From positions 32,001 to 96,000 of the forward strand of contig JBEKIW010000002.1 of the NCBI GenBank assembly GCA_050011565.1: DNA of 64,000 nucleotides, in the 5' to 3' direction. Positions within the stretch are counted from its first letter, which is position 1, and each line of letters begins with the position of its first letter. Under the pieces are notes generated by a model. The model was not told the origin of the DNA. It worked only from the letters and a program-made list of their open reading frames with translations, and did no database searches. A program made the position numbers and the translations under genes. The stretch comes from Dehalococcoidia bacterium. Lineage in GTDB: Bacteria; Chloroflexota; Dehalococcoidia; GIF9; UBA5629. This document shows, piece after piece, positions 18,699 through 28,606 of this stretch.

Positions 18699-19853
18699 TC
18701 ACTTAGGTCTTAATTTGTGGTTAAGCGCCTGTTCTAAATCTTCAACCAAATCATCAATGTTTTCCAAGCCGACTGATAACCGTACCAGGTCATCGCTGAT
18801 ACCTATTTTTTTTCTGTAATCTGCGGGCATCGAGGCATGGCTCATTGTTCCCGGGTGCTCCGCCAGAGAAGCGACACCGCCAAGTGATTCCGCTATCTCA
18901 AAAACTTCTAATTTTCTGAGAAAGTTATTGGCTGCTTCCTGACCGCCTTTTAATTCAAAAGAGACCACTCCGCCGAACCCCTTCATCTGTCTCTTGGCTA
19001 TTTCATGGCCAGGATGAGTTTTAATGCCGGGATAAAACACTTTGCTGACCGCTTTGTTTTTCTGAAGATAACTTGCTATAGCTGTAGCATTTTTCTCGTG
19101 TTTTTCCATCCGCAGCGGCAATGTTTGAATTCCCCGGAGCACCAGCCAGCAGTCAAAAGGCGAGGCACAGGTTCCCATAGCATTGAGTAAAAATTGAACT
19201 CTCCGGGTCAACTCATCAGTAGTAGTGATGACAGCGCCGCCGACCACATCGCAATGCCCGTTAAGATACTTGGTTGTGGAATGGACCACCAGGTCGACCC
19301 CGTATTCAATGGGTCGGAAAAAATACGGAGTGGCAAATGTATTATCGATAACGGTTAAAATGTTACGTTTCTTAGCAATGCCTACCACCATCTCAACATC
19401 GGTTATATTAAGTAACGGATTCGATGGCGTCTCTATCCATATTATCCTGGTATTTGGTTTTATGGCTCGTTCAATGGCCTGTCTATTATTCATTCTCAGG
19501 AAGGTAACCTCTAGACCCAGCTCAGACATTACATCTTGAAATAGCCTGTAAGTGCCTCCATAGACATCGTCGGCTGATATTACATGGTCGCCTGCCTTCA
19601 AAAGGTGCGCCACCGTCGTCTCGGCCGCCATGCCGGTGGCAAAAGCAAATCCCGCTTTCCCACCTTCGAGTTGGGCAAGGGTGTCCTCCAAAACTTTTCT
19701 CGTCGGATTGGCTGTTCGAGAATAATCATAGCCCCTCGTTTTACCCACATCTTCAAAGGCAAAGGTCGATGTTTGATAAATAGGCACCGAGACAGCACCG
19801 CATGTCTTATCCGGCCTTTCTCCGGCATGAATGGCCAACGTTTCAAATCTCAT
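18699..19853 (-). CDS. metB: Cystathionine gamma-synthase/lyase family PLP enzyme
   Basis: PIYQTSTF, YDYSRTANPTR, DDVYGGT, ETPSNP, DNTFATP, HSTTKYLNGH, AESLGG. Exact specificity (MetB/MccB/MetC) not resolvable by eye. Confidence 0.8.
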   Translation of the reverse strand: MRFETLAIHAGERPDKTCGAVSVPIYQTSTFAFEDVGKTRGYDYSRTANPTRKVLEDTLAQLEGGKAGFAFATGMAAETTVAHLLKAGDHVISADDVYGGTYRLFQDVMSELGLEVTFLRMNNRQAIERAIKPNTRIIWIETPSNPLLNITDVEMVVGIAKKRNILTVIDNTFATPYFFRPIEYGVDLVVHSTTKYLNGHCDVVGGAVITTTDELTRRVQFLLNAMGTCASPFDCWLVLRGIQTLPLRMEKHEKNATAIASYLQKNKAVSKVFYPGIKTHPGHEIAKRQMKGFGGVVSFELKGGQEAANNFLRKLEVFEIAESLGGVASLAEHPGTMSHASMPADYRKKIGISDDLVRLSVGLENIDDLVEDLEQALNHKLRPK

Positions 19854-19935
19854 ATTCCACCTCCGTCACCGAAATTACTCATAATATTATCTTGATCTTT
19901 TTTAACTCGTCTTTAGTAACTGCTATGTCATGGGC

Positions 19936-20865
19936 TCAAATACCCTGAAAAAGCCAGGTGGATATATAACGCTCACCCGTGTCAGGTAAAATAACCACAA
20001 CGAGCTTACCCTTATTCTCCGGCCTTTTGGCAACCTCCAGAGCCGCCCAGGTTGCTGCGCCGGAGGAGATGCCCGCCAGTATACCCTCTTCTTTGGCTAA
20101 CCTTCTGGCTGTCGCACCGGCATCATCATTGGTTACTTTAATGATTTCGTCGACCAATTCCAGTTTCAATACTTCCGGAACAAAACCGGCGCCGATGCCC
20201 TGTATTTTATGAGGTCCGGGTTTGCCACCGGAAAGGACCGGCGAATCGGTAGGCTCGACAGCTACAACCTTAAATTCAGGTTTCCTCTTCTTTATTACTT
20301 CACCCACACCGGTGATAGTGCCACCCGTACCAACACCGGCAACCAGAATGTCTATCTTGCCATCCGTATCTTTCCAAATCTCCTCAGCCGTGGTCTCACG
20401 ATGGATTTTGGGATTGGCCGGATTTTTAAATTGCTGCGGCATAAAGTAATTTCTGTTTTCAGCTGCTAGCTGTTCTGCTTTCCGTATTGCTCCAGGCATG
20501 CCTTCTACCCCGGGCGTCAGCACCAGTTCGGCACCAAATATAGAGAGAATATGCCTCCGCTCTATCGACATCGTTTCCGGCATAGTCAGTATCAACCGGT
20601 AGCCACGCGAGGCACAGACAAAGGCAAGAGCAATACCGGTGTTTCCGCTGGTAGGCTCGATAATTACCGTATCCTTTTTTATCAAACCATGCTCTTCAGC
20701 AGCCCTAATCATTGACACAGCAATCCTGTCCTTAACGCTGCTGCAAGGATTAAAGGACTCCAGCTTGGCTACAACTTCGGCACTGGCACCTCGAGTCAGC
20801 CGATTTAATCTAACGAGAGGGGTATTGCCTATAAGCCCCGTAATGTCTTTTGCTATCTTTGCCAT
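19936..20865 (-). CDS. cysK: Cysteine synthase A
   Basis: [59 protein letters not shown]. Confidence 0.97.
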   Translation of the reverse strand: MAKIAKDITGLIGNTPLVRLNRLTRGASAEVVAKLESFNPCSSVKDRIAVSMIRAAEEHGLIKKDTVIIEPTSGNTGIALAFVCASRGYRLILTMPETMSIERRHILSIFGAELVLTPGVEGMPGAIRKAEQLAAENRNYFMPQQFKNPANPKIHRETTAEEIWKDTDGKIDILVAGVGTGGTITGVGEVIKKRKPEFKVVAVEPTDSPVLSGGKPGPHKIQGIGAGFVPEVLKLELVDEIIKVTNDDAGATARRLAKEEGILAGISSGAATWAALEVAKRPENKGKLVVVILPDTGERYISTWLFQGI

Positions 20866-20887
20866 TAATTAATCTCCCGACTTTCTT

Positions 20888-21334
20888 TCAAATGTCATAC
20901 ATCAACATATCTACGACTTTTTTCTTCTTTTGCATCTCTACCAGATCCTGTAAGGTTTTAGATTCCAGAACTCCATCCATTGCCTTCTTTAGTTCAATCC
21001 AGACGTCGCGCGTGGCACAAAGTTCAGAACGTGAGCAAACTTTAGGATCATTAATACAGTCGACCAGTGCAATTGAGCCTTCAAGCAGTCCCAGTACTTC
21101 GCTGAGCTTCACCTGCTGAGGTGGTCTGGCCAGCTGAACTCCACCATGTGCGCCCCGGGTGCTTCTTATCATCCCCACCGATATCAATGGAGCAATTATA
21201 TGCTCTAGATAGAGCAGCGAAATTTGCTGTCTCCGGGCAATGTCCTTTAATGGAATTGGCTCTTTCCCATCATGCAGCGCTAAATCCAACAGCACCCTCG
21301 TTCCGTACCGACCTCTGGTAGATAGCTTCATCAT
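20888..21334 (-). CDS. Rrf2 family transcriptional regulator with three Cys (IscR-like)
   Basis: MKLSTRGRYG, RS.RGAHGG..LAR, LEG, C-x6-C-x5-C cluster ligands. Confidence 0.93.
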   Translation of the reverse strand: MMKLSTRGRYGTRVLLDLALHDGKEPIPLKDIARRQQISLLYLEHIIAPLISVGMIRSTRGAHGGVQLARPPQQVKLSEVLGLLEGSIALVDCINDPKVCSRSELCATRDVWIELKKAMDGVLESKTLQDLVEMQKKKKVVDMLMYDI

Positions 21335-21344
21335 CCCACCTTGT

Positions 21345-21369
21345 TATGTTGAGTATTTTAGTCAACATA
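21345..21369. promoter_or_regulatory. Rrf2/IscR-type palindromic operator
   Basis: TATGTTGA-GTATTTTAG-TCAACATA, perfect 8-bp arms, directly downstream of the -10 box. Confidence 0.75.
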
Positions 21370-21397
21370 GTATAGAATACAAGTAAAAAAATGTCAA
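21369..21397 (-). promoter_or_regulatory. Sigma70 promoter of the Rrf2-cysK-metB operon
   Basis: Minus strand TTGACA-17 nt-TATACT. Confidence 0.8.
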
Positions 21398-21522
21398 GTT
21401 TCTGTGTGTGGTGCTAAGATTTTTAGCTCGCCCGGACATCTCCTACAACGGTCATAACACCTTTTCCACGTATTTGCATCCTCTGCCCTCTTGCTTTATC
21501 ATACTGACATAGCCGAATCGAA

Positions 21523-23679
21523 ATGGATAATAGCTCTCTCTTACGAAAAGCAAAGGAATATTTGCCTCCGGAGAAGGTGGCTTTAGTTAAAGCCGCTTAC
21601 GAATTCGCCTTGAACGCCCATAAGGGGCAGGTACGGAAATCCGGCGACCCCTATCTAGACCACCCGTTACAAACAGCTACAATGTTAGCGGAACTTCAGC
21701 TTGATGCCACTACCTTAGCCGCAGCCTTACTACACGATGTGCCGGAAGACTGCGGAGTGCCCATGGCAGAAATCGAGGCTAAATTCGGGCCTGAGGTAAG
21801 CAAGCTTGTCGATGGCGTAACCAAGCTGGGTAAATTATCCTTACACCGCGGTGAAGCCAAAAAACGAGAATCTCAGGCCCAGAACCTGCGCAAGATGCTT
21901 ATAGCCATGGCAGAGGACTTGAGGGTGGTGTTCATAAAACTAGCCGACAGGCTGCACAATATGCATACTTTAGCCGCCCTGTCACCGGAGAAACGGCGCA
22001 GCATTGCTCAAGAGACACTGGAGATATATGCACCTCTTGCCCACCGCCTGGGTATCTGGCAAATAAAGTGGCAACTGGAAGATTTGGCTTTCCGTTATCT
22101 GGAACCGCGCCAATATCATAGAGTGGCACGCTTGATAGCCACTCGTCGGACACAACGAGAGGTCTTTATAAATGAGATTGCCGAGACAGTAAAGCAAGAA
22201 CTGGATAAGGCTGACATAAAAGCAGAAATCATAGGCAGGCCGAAGCACCTCTACAGTATCTACAATAAACTTAACCGATATGCAGCTCAAGGCAGGGATT
22301 TCAACGACATTCATGACCTCTTTGCTTTCAGGATACTAGTTGATACAATCCCGGATTGTTATAAAGCGCTAGGCGTCATCCAAAACTTGTGGCATCCTTT
22401 TCCAGAAGAGTTCAACGACTTCATCGCTAATCCTAAAGACAACGGATATCAGTCATTGCACACTACGGTGCTATGTCAGGGCACAACTCCGCTAGAAATA
22501 CAAATTCGCACCCATGCCATGCACCGAAGCGCTGACTTCGGCGTGGCGGCACACTGGCGCTATAAGGAAGGCGCCAGCCAGGACACGCAGTTTGAAGACA
22601 AGATAGCCTGGTTGCGCCAGTTAAATGAGTGGCAGAGCGAGCTTGGCAGTGAGGAATTCCTCGAATCCTTAAAAACTGAGGTCTTCATTGACCAGGTCAT
22701 TGTTTATACCCCCAAAGGCGAAATAAAAGCTCTACCTAAAGGCGCCACCCCACTGGATTTCGCCTATCGCATCCATACCGAGTTGGGACACCGCTGCATA
22801 GGCGCCAAGGTGAACGGCAGGCTGGTGCCTTTGAACTACGAGCTGAAAAATAGCGAGATTATAGACATTATGACCGCCAAGGCTGGGAAAGCACCCAGCC
22901 TTGACTGGCTTAACCCCGATTTAGGATTTATCAAGACTTCTCACGCCCGAGAAAAAATCCGACAATGGTTTAAAAAGCAGGAAAGAACACAGAATATAGA
23001 ACGCGGCAAGCAGATTCTAGAAAGAGAACTCAAGCGGCTAGATATAACCATAACCAATATAGAAGAAACAGCACGCATATTCAATTGCGAAAGTGCCGAC
23101 GATTTTCTGGCAGCTATTGGCTATGGTGGTATAACTCCACACCAATTGGCGCTCAAGCTCGCTATTGAACCGGAAGAAATCCCTGCTATAACCAGAACCG
23201 CACGCACTGAGAAAACGACTACTGCCGGAATTCAGGTCCTGGGCGTGGGCGACTTACTCACTCAATTAGCTCCCTGTTGCAATCCTTTGCCTGGAGACCA
23301 CATTATCGGTTATATTACTCGGAGCCACGGGATTACGGTGCACCGCAAGGACTGCATCAATGTCATCAATGTAGAGGATAAAAAGCGACTCATCGAGGTG
23401 AGCTGGGGCGAGATACAAGATGTATACCCCGTCGATATTCAAATCGATGCCTGGGACAGAGTAGGATTGCTCCGGGATGTCACGACTGTTATTGCCGAGG
23501 TTAAAGTAAATATATCGAGTATGAGCACAACATATCACAACGAAATTACCTCTACATTTGCTACTCTTGAAATCGCAAACATGGCTCAATTAACACAACT
23601 ACTTTCCAAAATACAGGGTGTGCGTGGTATTATAAGCGCCACCAGAATAAGCCACGCCAAAGCCAGTCTTAGTTCTTAG
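21523..23679 (+). CDS. relA: Bifunctional (p)ppGpp synthetase/hydrolase RelA/SpoT
   Basis: H.GQ.RKSG.PY, ALLHD, IKLADRLHNM, GRPKHLYSI, NGYQSLHT, EIQIRT, TGS and ACT domains. Confidence 0.97.
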   Translation: MDNSSLLRKAKEYLPPEKVALVKAAYEFALNAHKGQVRKSGDPYLDHPLQTATMLAELQLDATTLAAALLHDVPEDCGVPMAEIEAKFGPEVSKLVDGVTKLGKLSLHRGEAKKRESQAQNLRKMLIAMAEDLRVVFIKLADRLHNMHTLAALSPEKRRSIAQETLEIYAPLAHRLGIWQIKWQLEDLAFRYLEPRQYHRVARLIATRRTQREVFINEIAETVKQELDKADIKAEIIGRPKHLYSIYNKLNRYAAQGRDFNDIHDLFAFRILVDTIPDCYKALGVIQNLWHPFPEEFNDFIANPKDNGYQSLHTTVLCQGTTPLEIQIRTHAMHRSADFGVAAHWRYKEGASQDTQFEDKIAWLRQLNEWQSELGSEEFLESLKTEVFIDQVIVYTPKGEIKALPKGATPLDFAYRIHTELGHRCIGAKVNGRLVPLNYELKNSEIIDIMTAKAGKAPSLDWLNPDLGFIKTSHAREKIRQWFKKQERTQNIERGKQILERELKRLDITITNIEETARIFNCESADDFLAAIGYGGITPHQLALKLAIEPEEIPAITRTARTEKTTTAGIQVLGVGDLLTQLAPCCNPLPGDHIIGYITRSHGITVHRKDCINVINVEDKKRLIEVSWGEIQDVYPVDIQIDAWDRVGLLRDVTTVIAEVKVNISSMSTTYHNEITSTFATLEIANMAQLTQLLSKIQGVRGIISATRISHAKASLSS

Positions 23680-23692
23680 AAAGGAGACAGGA

Positions 23693-23992
23693 TTGCCCAA
23701 AAGTATATCAGCGAAAAAAACGGCACGGACAGCAGAAAGAAAGCGACTTCGAAATAAGTCTCTTAAAAGTGCTACCAAGACCCATTTAACCCGGGCACAG
23801 AAGCTTATTGCAGGCAACGAGCTTGAGGCGGCACAACAGGCAGTTGCAGATACGATAAGCGCCCTTGACAGAGATGCCAAGAAGGGGGTCATTCATCGAA
23901 ATACGGCTGCAAGACGGAAGTCACGCCTAATGAAAAAGTTTAATCAAGCCAAGCTTTCCGGCACTGCTCAACGCAAGACTGACAAAGCCTGA
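23693..23992 (+). CDS. rpsT: 30S ribosomal protein S20
   Basis: SAKK..R..E.KRLRN, KGVIHRNTAARRKSRL; RBS AAGGAG before TTG. Confidence 0.95.
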   Translation: MPKSISAKKTARTAERKRLRNKSLKSATKTHLTRAQKLIAGNELEAAQQAVADTISALDRDAKKGVIHRNTAARRKSRLMKKFNQAKLSGTAQRKTDKA

Positions 23993-24028
23993 AAAAACTA
24001 TTTTGACTAATTTGCGCCACTATTCATT

Positions 24029-24673
24029 ATGACTCCTAAAGCGCTGTCACCAAAACAGGGACGTATACTCCAGTTCATCCGGAAATTTATCGATACCAGA
24101 GGCTATCCACCCACGGTCAGAGATATCGTTGGTGGCTGCAAGATAAGCTCTACCTCGGTGGTTGCCTATAACTTGGCCAGGCTGGAAACAGCAGGATACA
24201 TTCGCCGCCACGCCGACATATCACGCGGCATAGAAGTTGTGGCAAATCAGCCGGGTAACCGCCACAATGTCACTATACCGGTAATCGGCGAAATAGCCGC
24301 CGGTGAGCCGATACCGGTTCCTCAATCGGACACCTGGGAAACTGTTGCCCCCGAAGAACTGGTCATCACTGAAGATTTGACACGTGGCAAACAGAGAGTC
24401 TACGCTCTCAGGGTGAGAGGGAACTCAATGATTGACGCACTGATAAAGGACGGCGATATTGTTTTAATGGAGTATGTAACCAGTGCTGAAAATGGCGACA
24501 TGGTAGCTGTCTGGCTCAAGGCCGAAAAGGAAGTTACCCTCAAAAGACTGTTCAGAGAGACCAACCGTATCCGACTCGAACCGGCTAATACTCAGGTGCA
24601 ACCCATCTATACCGCCCCGGATAATGTGGAGGTTCAGGGTAAGGTAATTACCGTTATTCGTCAGCTAGTCTGA
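24029..24673 (+). CDS. lexA: SOS repressor LexA
   Basis: GYPPTVRDI HTH, IAAG cleavage site, LRVRGNSM (Ser), VTLKR (Lys). Confidence 0.95.
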   Translation: MTPKALSPKQGRILQFIRKFIDTRGYPPTVRDIVGGCKISSTSVVAYNLARLETAGYIRRHADISRGIEVVANQPGNRHNVTIPVIGEIAAGEPIPVPQSDTWETVAPEELVITEDLTRGKQRVYALRVRGNSMIDALIKDGDIVLMEYVTSAENGDMVAVWLKAEKEVTLKRLFRETNRIRLEPANTQVQPIYTAPDNVEVQGKVITVIRQLV

Positions 24674-24728
24674 TGTGAATCTTCGGTTTGACTTTCAGCA
24701 GTAAAGTAAAGTAGTGTAAATAGGAAAA

Positions 24729-25292
24729 ATGCTGATTTCTCAGTTTCAAGCTGTTGGGCATGACCTCTGTGCCCGGGGTCTGGTATCCTCTCTCAGTGGC
24801 AATCTCAGTATCAGGCTGGGAGAACGCCTGTGCATCACCCACCGAGGCAGCATGCTGAGCCGCCTTGAAGAACATGACCTCGTGGAAACCGGAATAAATA
24901 AAAACGACCGCTTCACGCCCTTAGCCTCAACAGAACTGGCAGTCCATCGTTCCATATATAAACGGACGCCGGCTTCGGCCGTAGTCCATGCCCACCCCGC
25001 TTACGCAGTTGTCTTATCTTTTTCCGAACAGGAAATTATCCCCTGTGATGTCGAAGGCAGCCTGATATTACCAAAAGTGCCGGTTCTGGGTTGGAAAACA
25101 AATGTTAAGCCCGGAGAGCTTGCTGAAGAAATAGCCGTAGCGCTTATGACGCACAAAATCGTTCTAGTACATGGTCATGGAAGCTTTGCCGCTGCTCAAT
25201 TGCTTGAAGAAGCTTACCACTATACCACCACTTTAGAAGAAAGTTGCCGGCTTTTATACCTGCTTAAAACTCTACGAATAGAGTTCCGCTAA
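24729..25292 (+). CDS. Class II aldolase/adducin family protein (FucA-like)
   Basis: SGNLSIR, ASTELAVH..IY, VVHAHP, HGHG. Confidence 0.9.
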   Translation: MLISQFQAVGHDLCARGLVSSLSGNLSIRLGERLCITHRGSMLSRLEEHDLVETGINKNDRFTPLASTELAVHRSIYKRTPASAVVHAHPAYAVVLSFSEQEIIPCDVEGSLILPKVPVLGWKTNVKPGELAEEIAVALMTHKIVLVHGHGSFAAAQLLEEAYHYTTTLEESCRLLYLLKTLRIEFR

Positions 25293-25338
25293 CCTTTCAA
25301 CTTTTCAAATCAGCAGATAACCGGCGCCGGCAAAAAGA

Positions 25339-26286
25339 TTAGCTCCGCCTGGTCTGTACCAATTTTGAATATGCCGGTGTGCACCAATGAAGATATTTGG
25401 GATTTTTACCCTTTATTACGTCAAAATATAGGCGCTGAAGTTCCTTGGTTATTTTCCCTATTTCACCGTTGCCAACCCGGCGATGGTCAACTTCCAGGAT
25501 AGGGCTTACGTGGGCGGCGGTGCCGCTAAAAAATGCCTCATCAGCAACATAAAGCTCGCTGCGGTCAACCGACCTTTCCACAACCTCCATACCAAGCTCA
25601 TTTCGGGCCAAGTACATAACCGTGTCTCGAGTAATACCCATCAGAATATTATCCGAGCTCGGTGGCGTTACCAGCTTACCCTCCAGGACGAGGAAGATAT
25701 TCTCACCGCTGCCTTCAGAGACATGACCGTCGTGGTTCAATAAAATTGCTTCGTCGAAACCAAGTTCATTGGCTTCGGTCTTGGCCAGGGCACTATTTAC
25801 ATAGATGCCCGTAATCTTACCTCTGGCTGGAATCATAGTATCGTCAACGCGCCTCCAGGAAGAGGTACAGCATCGGACGCCTTTATCAGCATCCAAATAA
25901 GCGGGCAGAGTAGCCACTATGATAAGGAAATCGTCTTCTAAATCATGTAATTTAACTCCGATAGCTTCGGAGCTTTTATAGGCCAGGGGGCGGATATAGA
26001 CATCCTCATGGTAGCCGCTCTTTTCCACCAGTTTAACGGTCAATTCTGCCATTTCGTCAACCGAATAATGTGGATTTATCTTCAAAATGCGACAGCCTTT
26101 GTGCATGCGCCCATAGTGGTCTTTAACGCGGAACAAAAATAATTGCTTTTGCTCCTCATTCCAGTTGCCGCGAATGCCCTCGAAACAAGCGGTACCATAA
26201 TGCAGAGCATGAGTTAGAATTCCGACTTTAGCTTCGGCAAGAGGCATAAATTGCTTTCGGAAATAAGTGTATGGAGGCATCACCAC
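25339..26286 (-). CDS. ilvE: Branched-chain amino acid aminotransferase
   Basis: HALHYGTACFEGIR, YIRP, KITGIYVNS, SEGSGENIF, ILMGITR, GTAA. Confidence 0.93.
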   Translation of the reverse strand: MVMPPYTYFRKQFMPLAEAKVGILTHALHYGTACFEGIRGNWNEEQKQLFLFRVKDHYGRMHKGCRILKINPHYSVDEMAELTVKLVEKSGYHEDVYIRPLAYKSSEAIGVKLHDLEDDFLIIVATLPAYLDADKGVRCCTSSWRRVDDTMIPARGKITGIYVNSALAKTEANELGFDEAILLNHDGHVSEGSGENIFLVLEGKLVTPPSSDNILMGITRDTVMYLARNELGMEVVERSVDRSELYVADEAFFSGTAAHVSPILEVDHRRVGNGEIGKITKELQRLYFDVIKGKNPKYLHWCTPAYSKLVQTRRS

Positions 26287-26358
26287 ACTCCTTTTATCTA
26301 AATTTCATTGCGGAAAAGTTGGACTTAATTATAACTTTGACTCTTGCTAAAGACAAGC

Positions 26359-27582
26359 TTAGCGAGAAAGCGATGGCGTTTCGAGTATGTAATCACCTGC
26401 ACGCCTATCGAATATATCTTTAAGTAGCAACGTGCGTCCGGTTTGAATTGCGGTAAAGCCATATTTGTTGCGTATACGGTCTATAGCCTTATCCAGATGC
26501 CCCTGTCGCTGCGGCTTGGAATCAAGTAGATTGAGCTGTTTGCCATAACTGACTAAGTTTGATACTCCAATGCCAATAAGCCGCACCGGGTTCCTCTTTC
26601 CACTCAGAGCCTTTTCAAGCAATTTAACTGCTCTGTCGAAAATTAATTCATCGGCATCTATTGCCTCTTTGGAACTGAGGCGTCGTGTAATAGTGTCAAA
26701 ATCGGAATACCTCAATTTTAAGGTTATAGTTCTGGCGTGCTTGGTCTCTTGACGCAGCTCAGCGCCGACTCGCTCACAAAGATAACGTAGCATAGCTTGA
26801 ATAAAAACTTTATCGGAGGTATCTTCAGCAAAAGTGGTTTCTCTGCTGATAGATTTGGCCTGGCCGGGTGTTTCTACCTCTCGGTTATCAATGCCATTGG
26901 CATAATGATGAATCATCAATCCGAAACTACCAAAACGATTCTTGATAACCTCAGGTGGCAAAACTGCTAACTGACCAATGGTTTTTATCCCCATCGTCTT
27001 TAAGGATTGCTCTGTTTTTTTACCAACACCGGGTAAGCTGGCAACAGGTAACAGCGTTAAGAAGTCCTTTTCTTGTCCCGCAGCCACTTCAACCAGGCCA
27101 TCCGGCTTACCTGAATCCGAAGCAATCTTAGCCACCACTTTACAACTGGCTATACCTACCGAAGCAATCAGCTTGAGCTCCTTCTTAACACGTTCCTTCA
27201 TGCTGGATGCTAGCTGATATGGGGTACCAAAAATTTCACAGCCGGTAATATCAAGATAAGCTTCATCCAGCCCTGCCGGCTCCAAGCAGGGTGAGAAGTC
27301 AGCCAGAATCCCCATAAACTTTTTTGAAGCGTCGCGATAAGCGGAAAAACTACCTTGAAGGAAAATAGCCTGAGGACAGAGACGATAAGCCTGGGCTAGA
27401 GGCATGCCAGCTTGAATACCAAAAACACGGGCTTCGTAGGAAGCTGAGGCTACCACCCCGCGTCGGTCAGGCCGCCCACCGACAACTACCGGCTTACCAA
27501 CCAGGTCCGGAGCCAGCGCTTGCTCCACAGAGACAAAGAAAGCATCGAGGTCGATATGTAAAATACGGCGATTCACGTCCAA
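26359..27582 (-). CDS. dinB: DNA polymerase IV
   Basis: ILHIDLDAFFVSVEQ, VVASASYEAR, LDEAYLD, AKIASD..KPDG, KSISRETTF. Confidence 0.96.
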   Translation of the reverse strand: MDVNRRILHIDLDAFFVSVEQALAPDLVGKPVVVGGRPDRRGVVASASYEARVFGIQAGMPLAQAYRLCPQAIFLQGSFSAYRDASKKFMGILADFSPCLEPAGLDEAYLDITGCEIFGTPYQLASSMKERVKKELKLIASVGIASCKVVAKIASDSGKPDGLVEVAAGQEKDFLTLLPVASLPGVGKKTEQSLKTMGIKTIGQLAVLPPEVIKNRFGSFGLMIHHYANGIDNREVETPGQAKSISRETTFAEDTSDKVFIQAMLRYLCERVGAELRQETKHARTITLKLRYSDFDTITRRLSSKEAIDADELIFDRAVKLLEKALSGKRNPVRLIGIGVSNLVSYGKQLNLLDSKPQRQGHLDKAIDRIRNKYGFTAIQTGRTLLLKDIFDRRAGDYILETPSLSR

Positions 27583-27631
27583 GGCGATTCTAGATTAGAG
27601 GCAAAAAGCTGACAAGAAGAACTTTAAATTA

Positions 27632-27645
27632 CGAAAATCAGTTCG
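27632..27645. promoter_or_regulatory. Candidate LexA (SOS) box upstream of dinB
   Basis: CGAAAATCAGTTCG, one mismatch from the Gram-positive-type CGAAC-N4-GTTCG, just upstream of a TTGTCA-17-TAGAAT promoter (27587-27615, minus). Confidence 0.5.
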
Positions 27646-27686
27646 AGGCCTAATTCTCACGCTAGCGGGACGTAAATGTTCCGCCT

Positions 27687-28169
27687 TTAAACAAACTTTG
27701 GAAATGGCACTTTCTTGGCGTCCATTCCAAGCTCTTTCAGCCCCTTGTTCCGTAATGTTTCCAGGAGTGACTTCAGTTTTTGGCGCTCGGCCTCAGAAAG
27801 TGAAGATAATATTTTTTGAACAGACTTCCTCTTCAGCGCCTGTTTATAAGCCTGCTGGCCCTTCTCAGTCAAGGTGACCCTTACCCAATTTTTTCTGTGT
27901 AAGTCTTTGGTTCTCTTCACCAGCCCGGCCTTTGCCATTCTATCCAAAATTCCGGAAACTGAATGAGGCCGCCGGAATATCATTCGTGATATCTGAGCCG
28001 GTGTTGCCTTATCTCCGATAGCTTTGATAACAAATAAGACCTCAGCCTGTGTGGCTGGAAGGCCGTATTGACGCAGTTCCTCTTCCCTGGAATTAAATAT
28101 TATGTCACTCACTTGATGCAGCAAAACCCACAAGTTGTAATCTCGGTCTACATCTGAAACTTCTGGCAT
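27687..28169 (-). CDS. MarR family transcriptional regulator
   Basis: TQAEVLFVI, SVSGILDRM.KAGLVKR..D...N...V.LTEKG winged helix; RBS AAGGAG. Confidence 0.92.
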   Translation of the reverse strand: MPEVSDVDRDYNLWVLLHQVSDIIFNSREEELRQYGLPATQAEVLFVIKAIGDKATPAQISRMIFRRPHSVSGILDRMAKAGLVKRTKDLHRKNWVRVTLTEKGQQAYKQALKRKSVQKILSSLSEAERQKLKSLLETLRNKGLKELGMDAKKVPFPKFV

Positions 28170-28391
28170 GACGCTCTCCTTCTTTAAATTTGCAATCTAA
28201 TTACTGATAGGTTCCATCGTCCAATCGGTAAATTAGCTCCGCAGGATGAAAAATCCTATCTGCGAATTGATTCTATCATAATAACGTGGAAAAAAACAAA
28301 AAAACCTTTAGATAGCATTTCCATCGTTCTGTAGTACACCAAGCGGTTAAAATAATAATGCCCCAGTACTAAAGTACCATTTAACAAAGAA

Positions 28392-28601
28392 CTATCCATT
28401 GTCAGTTTTACTTGTCGACTGGGCTCTTGAGACCAGGGTCTTTATTCGGCGCTCCAGGGTACCTCGCTCTAAAAGAACAAGCCTCTGGCATTTAAGGCAT
28501 TTTATCCGTATGTCCACCCCCAATTTCACCACCTGCCATTCATCACCCCCACAAGGATGCTTCTTGCGTAAGCGAACTACATCGCCAACCTCTATATCCA
28601 T
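28392..28601 (-). CDS. DUF951 family protein
   Basis: VGDVVRLRKKHPCG...W.V...G.DIRIKC..C...VLL.R. Confidence 0.9.
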   Translation of the reverse strand: MDIEVGDVVRLRKKHPCGGDEWQVVKLGVDIRIKCLKCQRLVLLERGTLERRIKTLVSRAQSTSKTDNG

Positions 28602-28606
28602 ATCGC

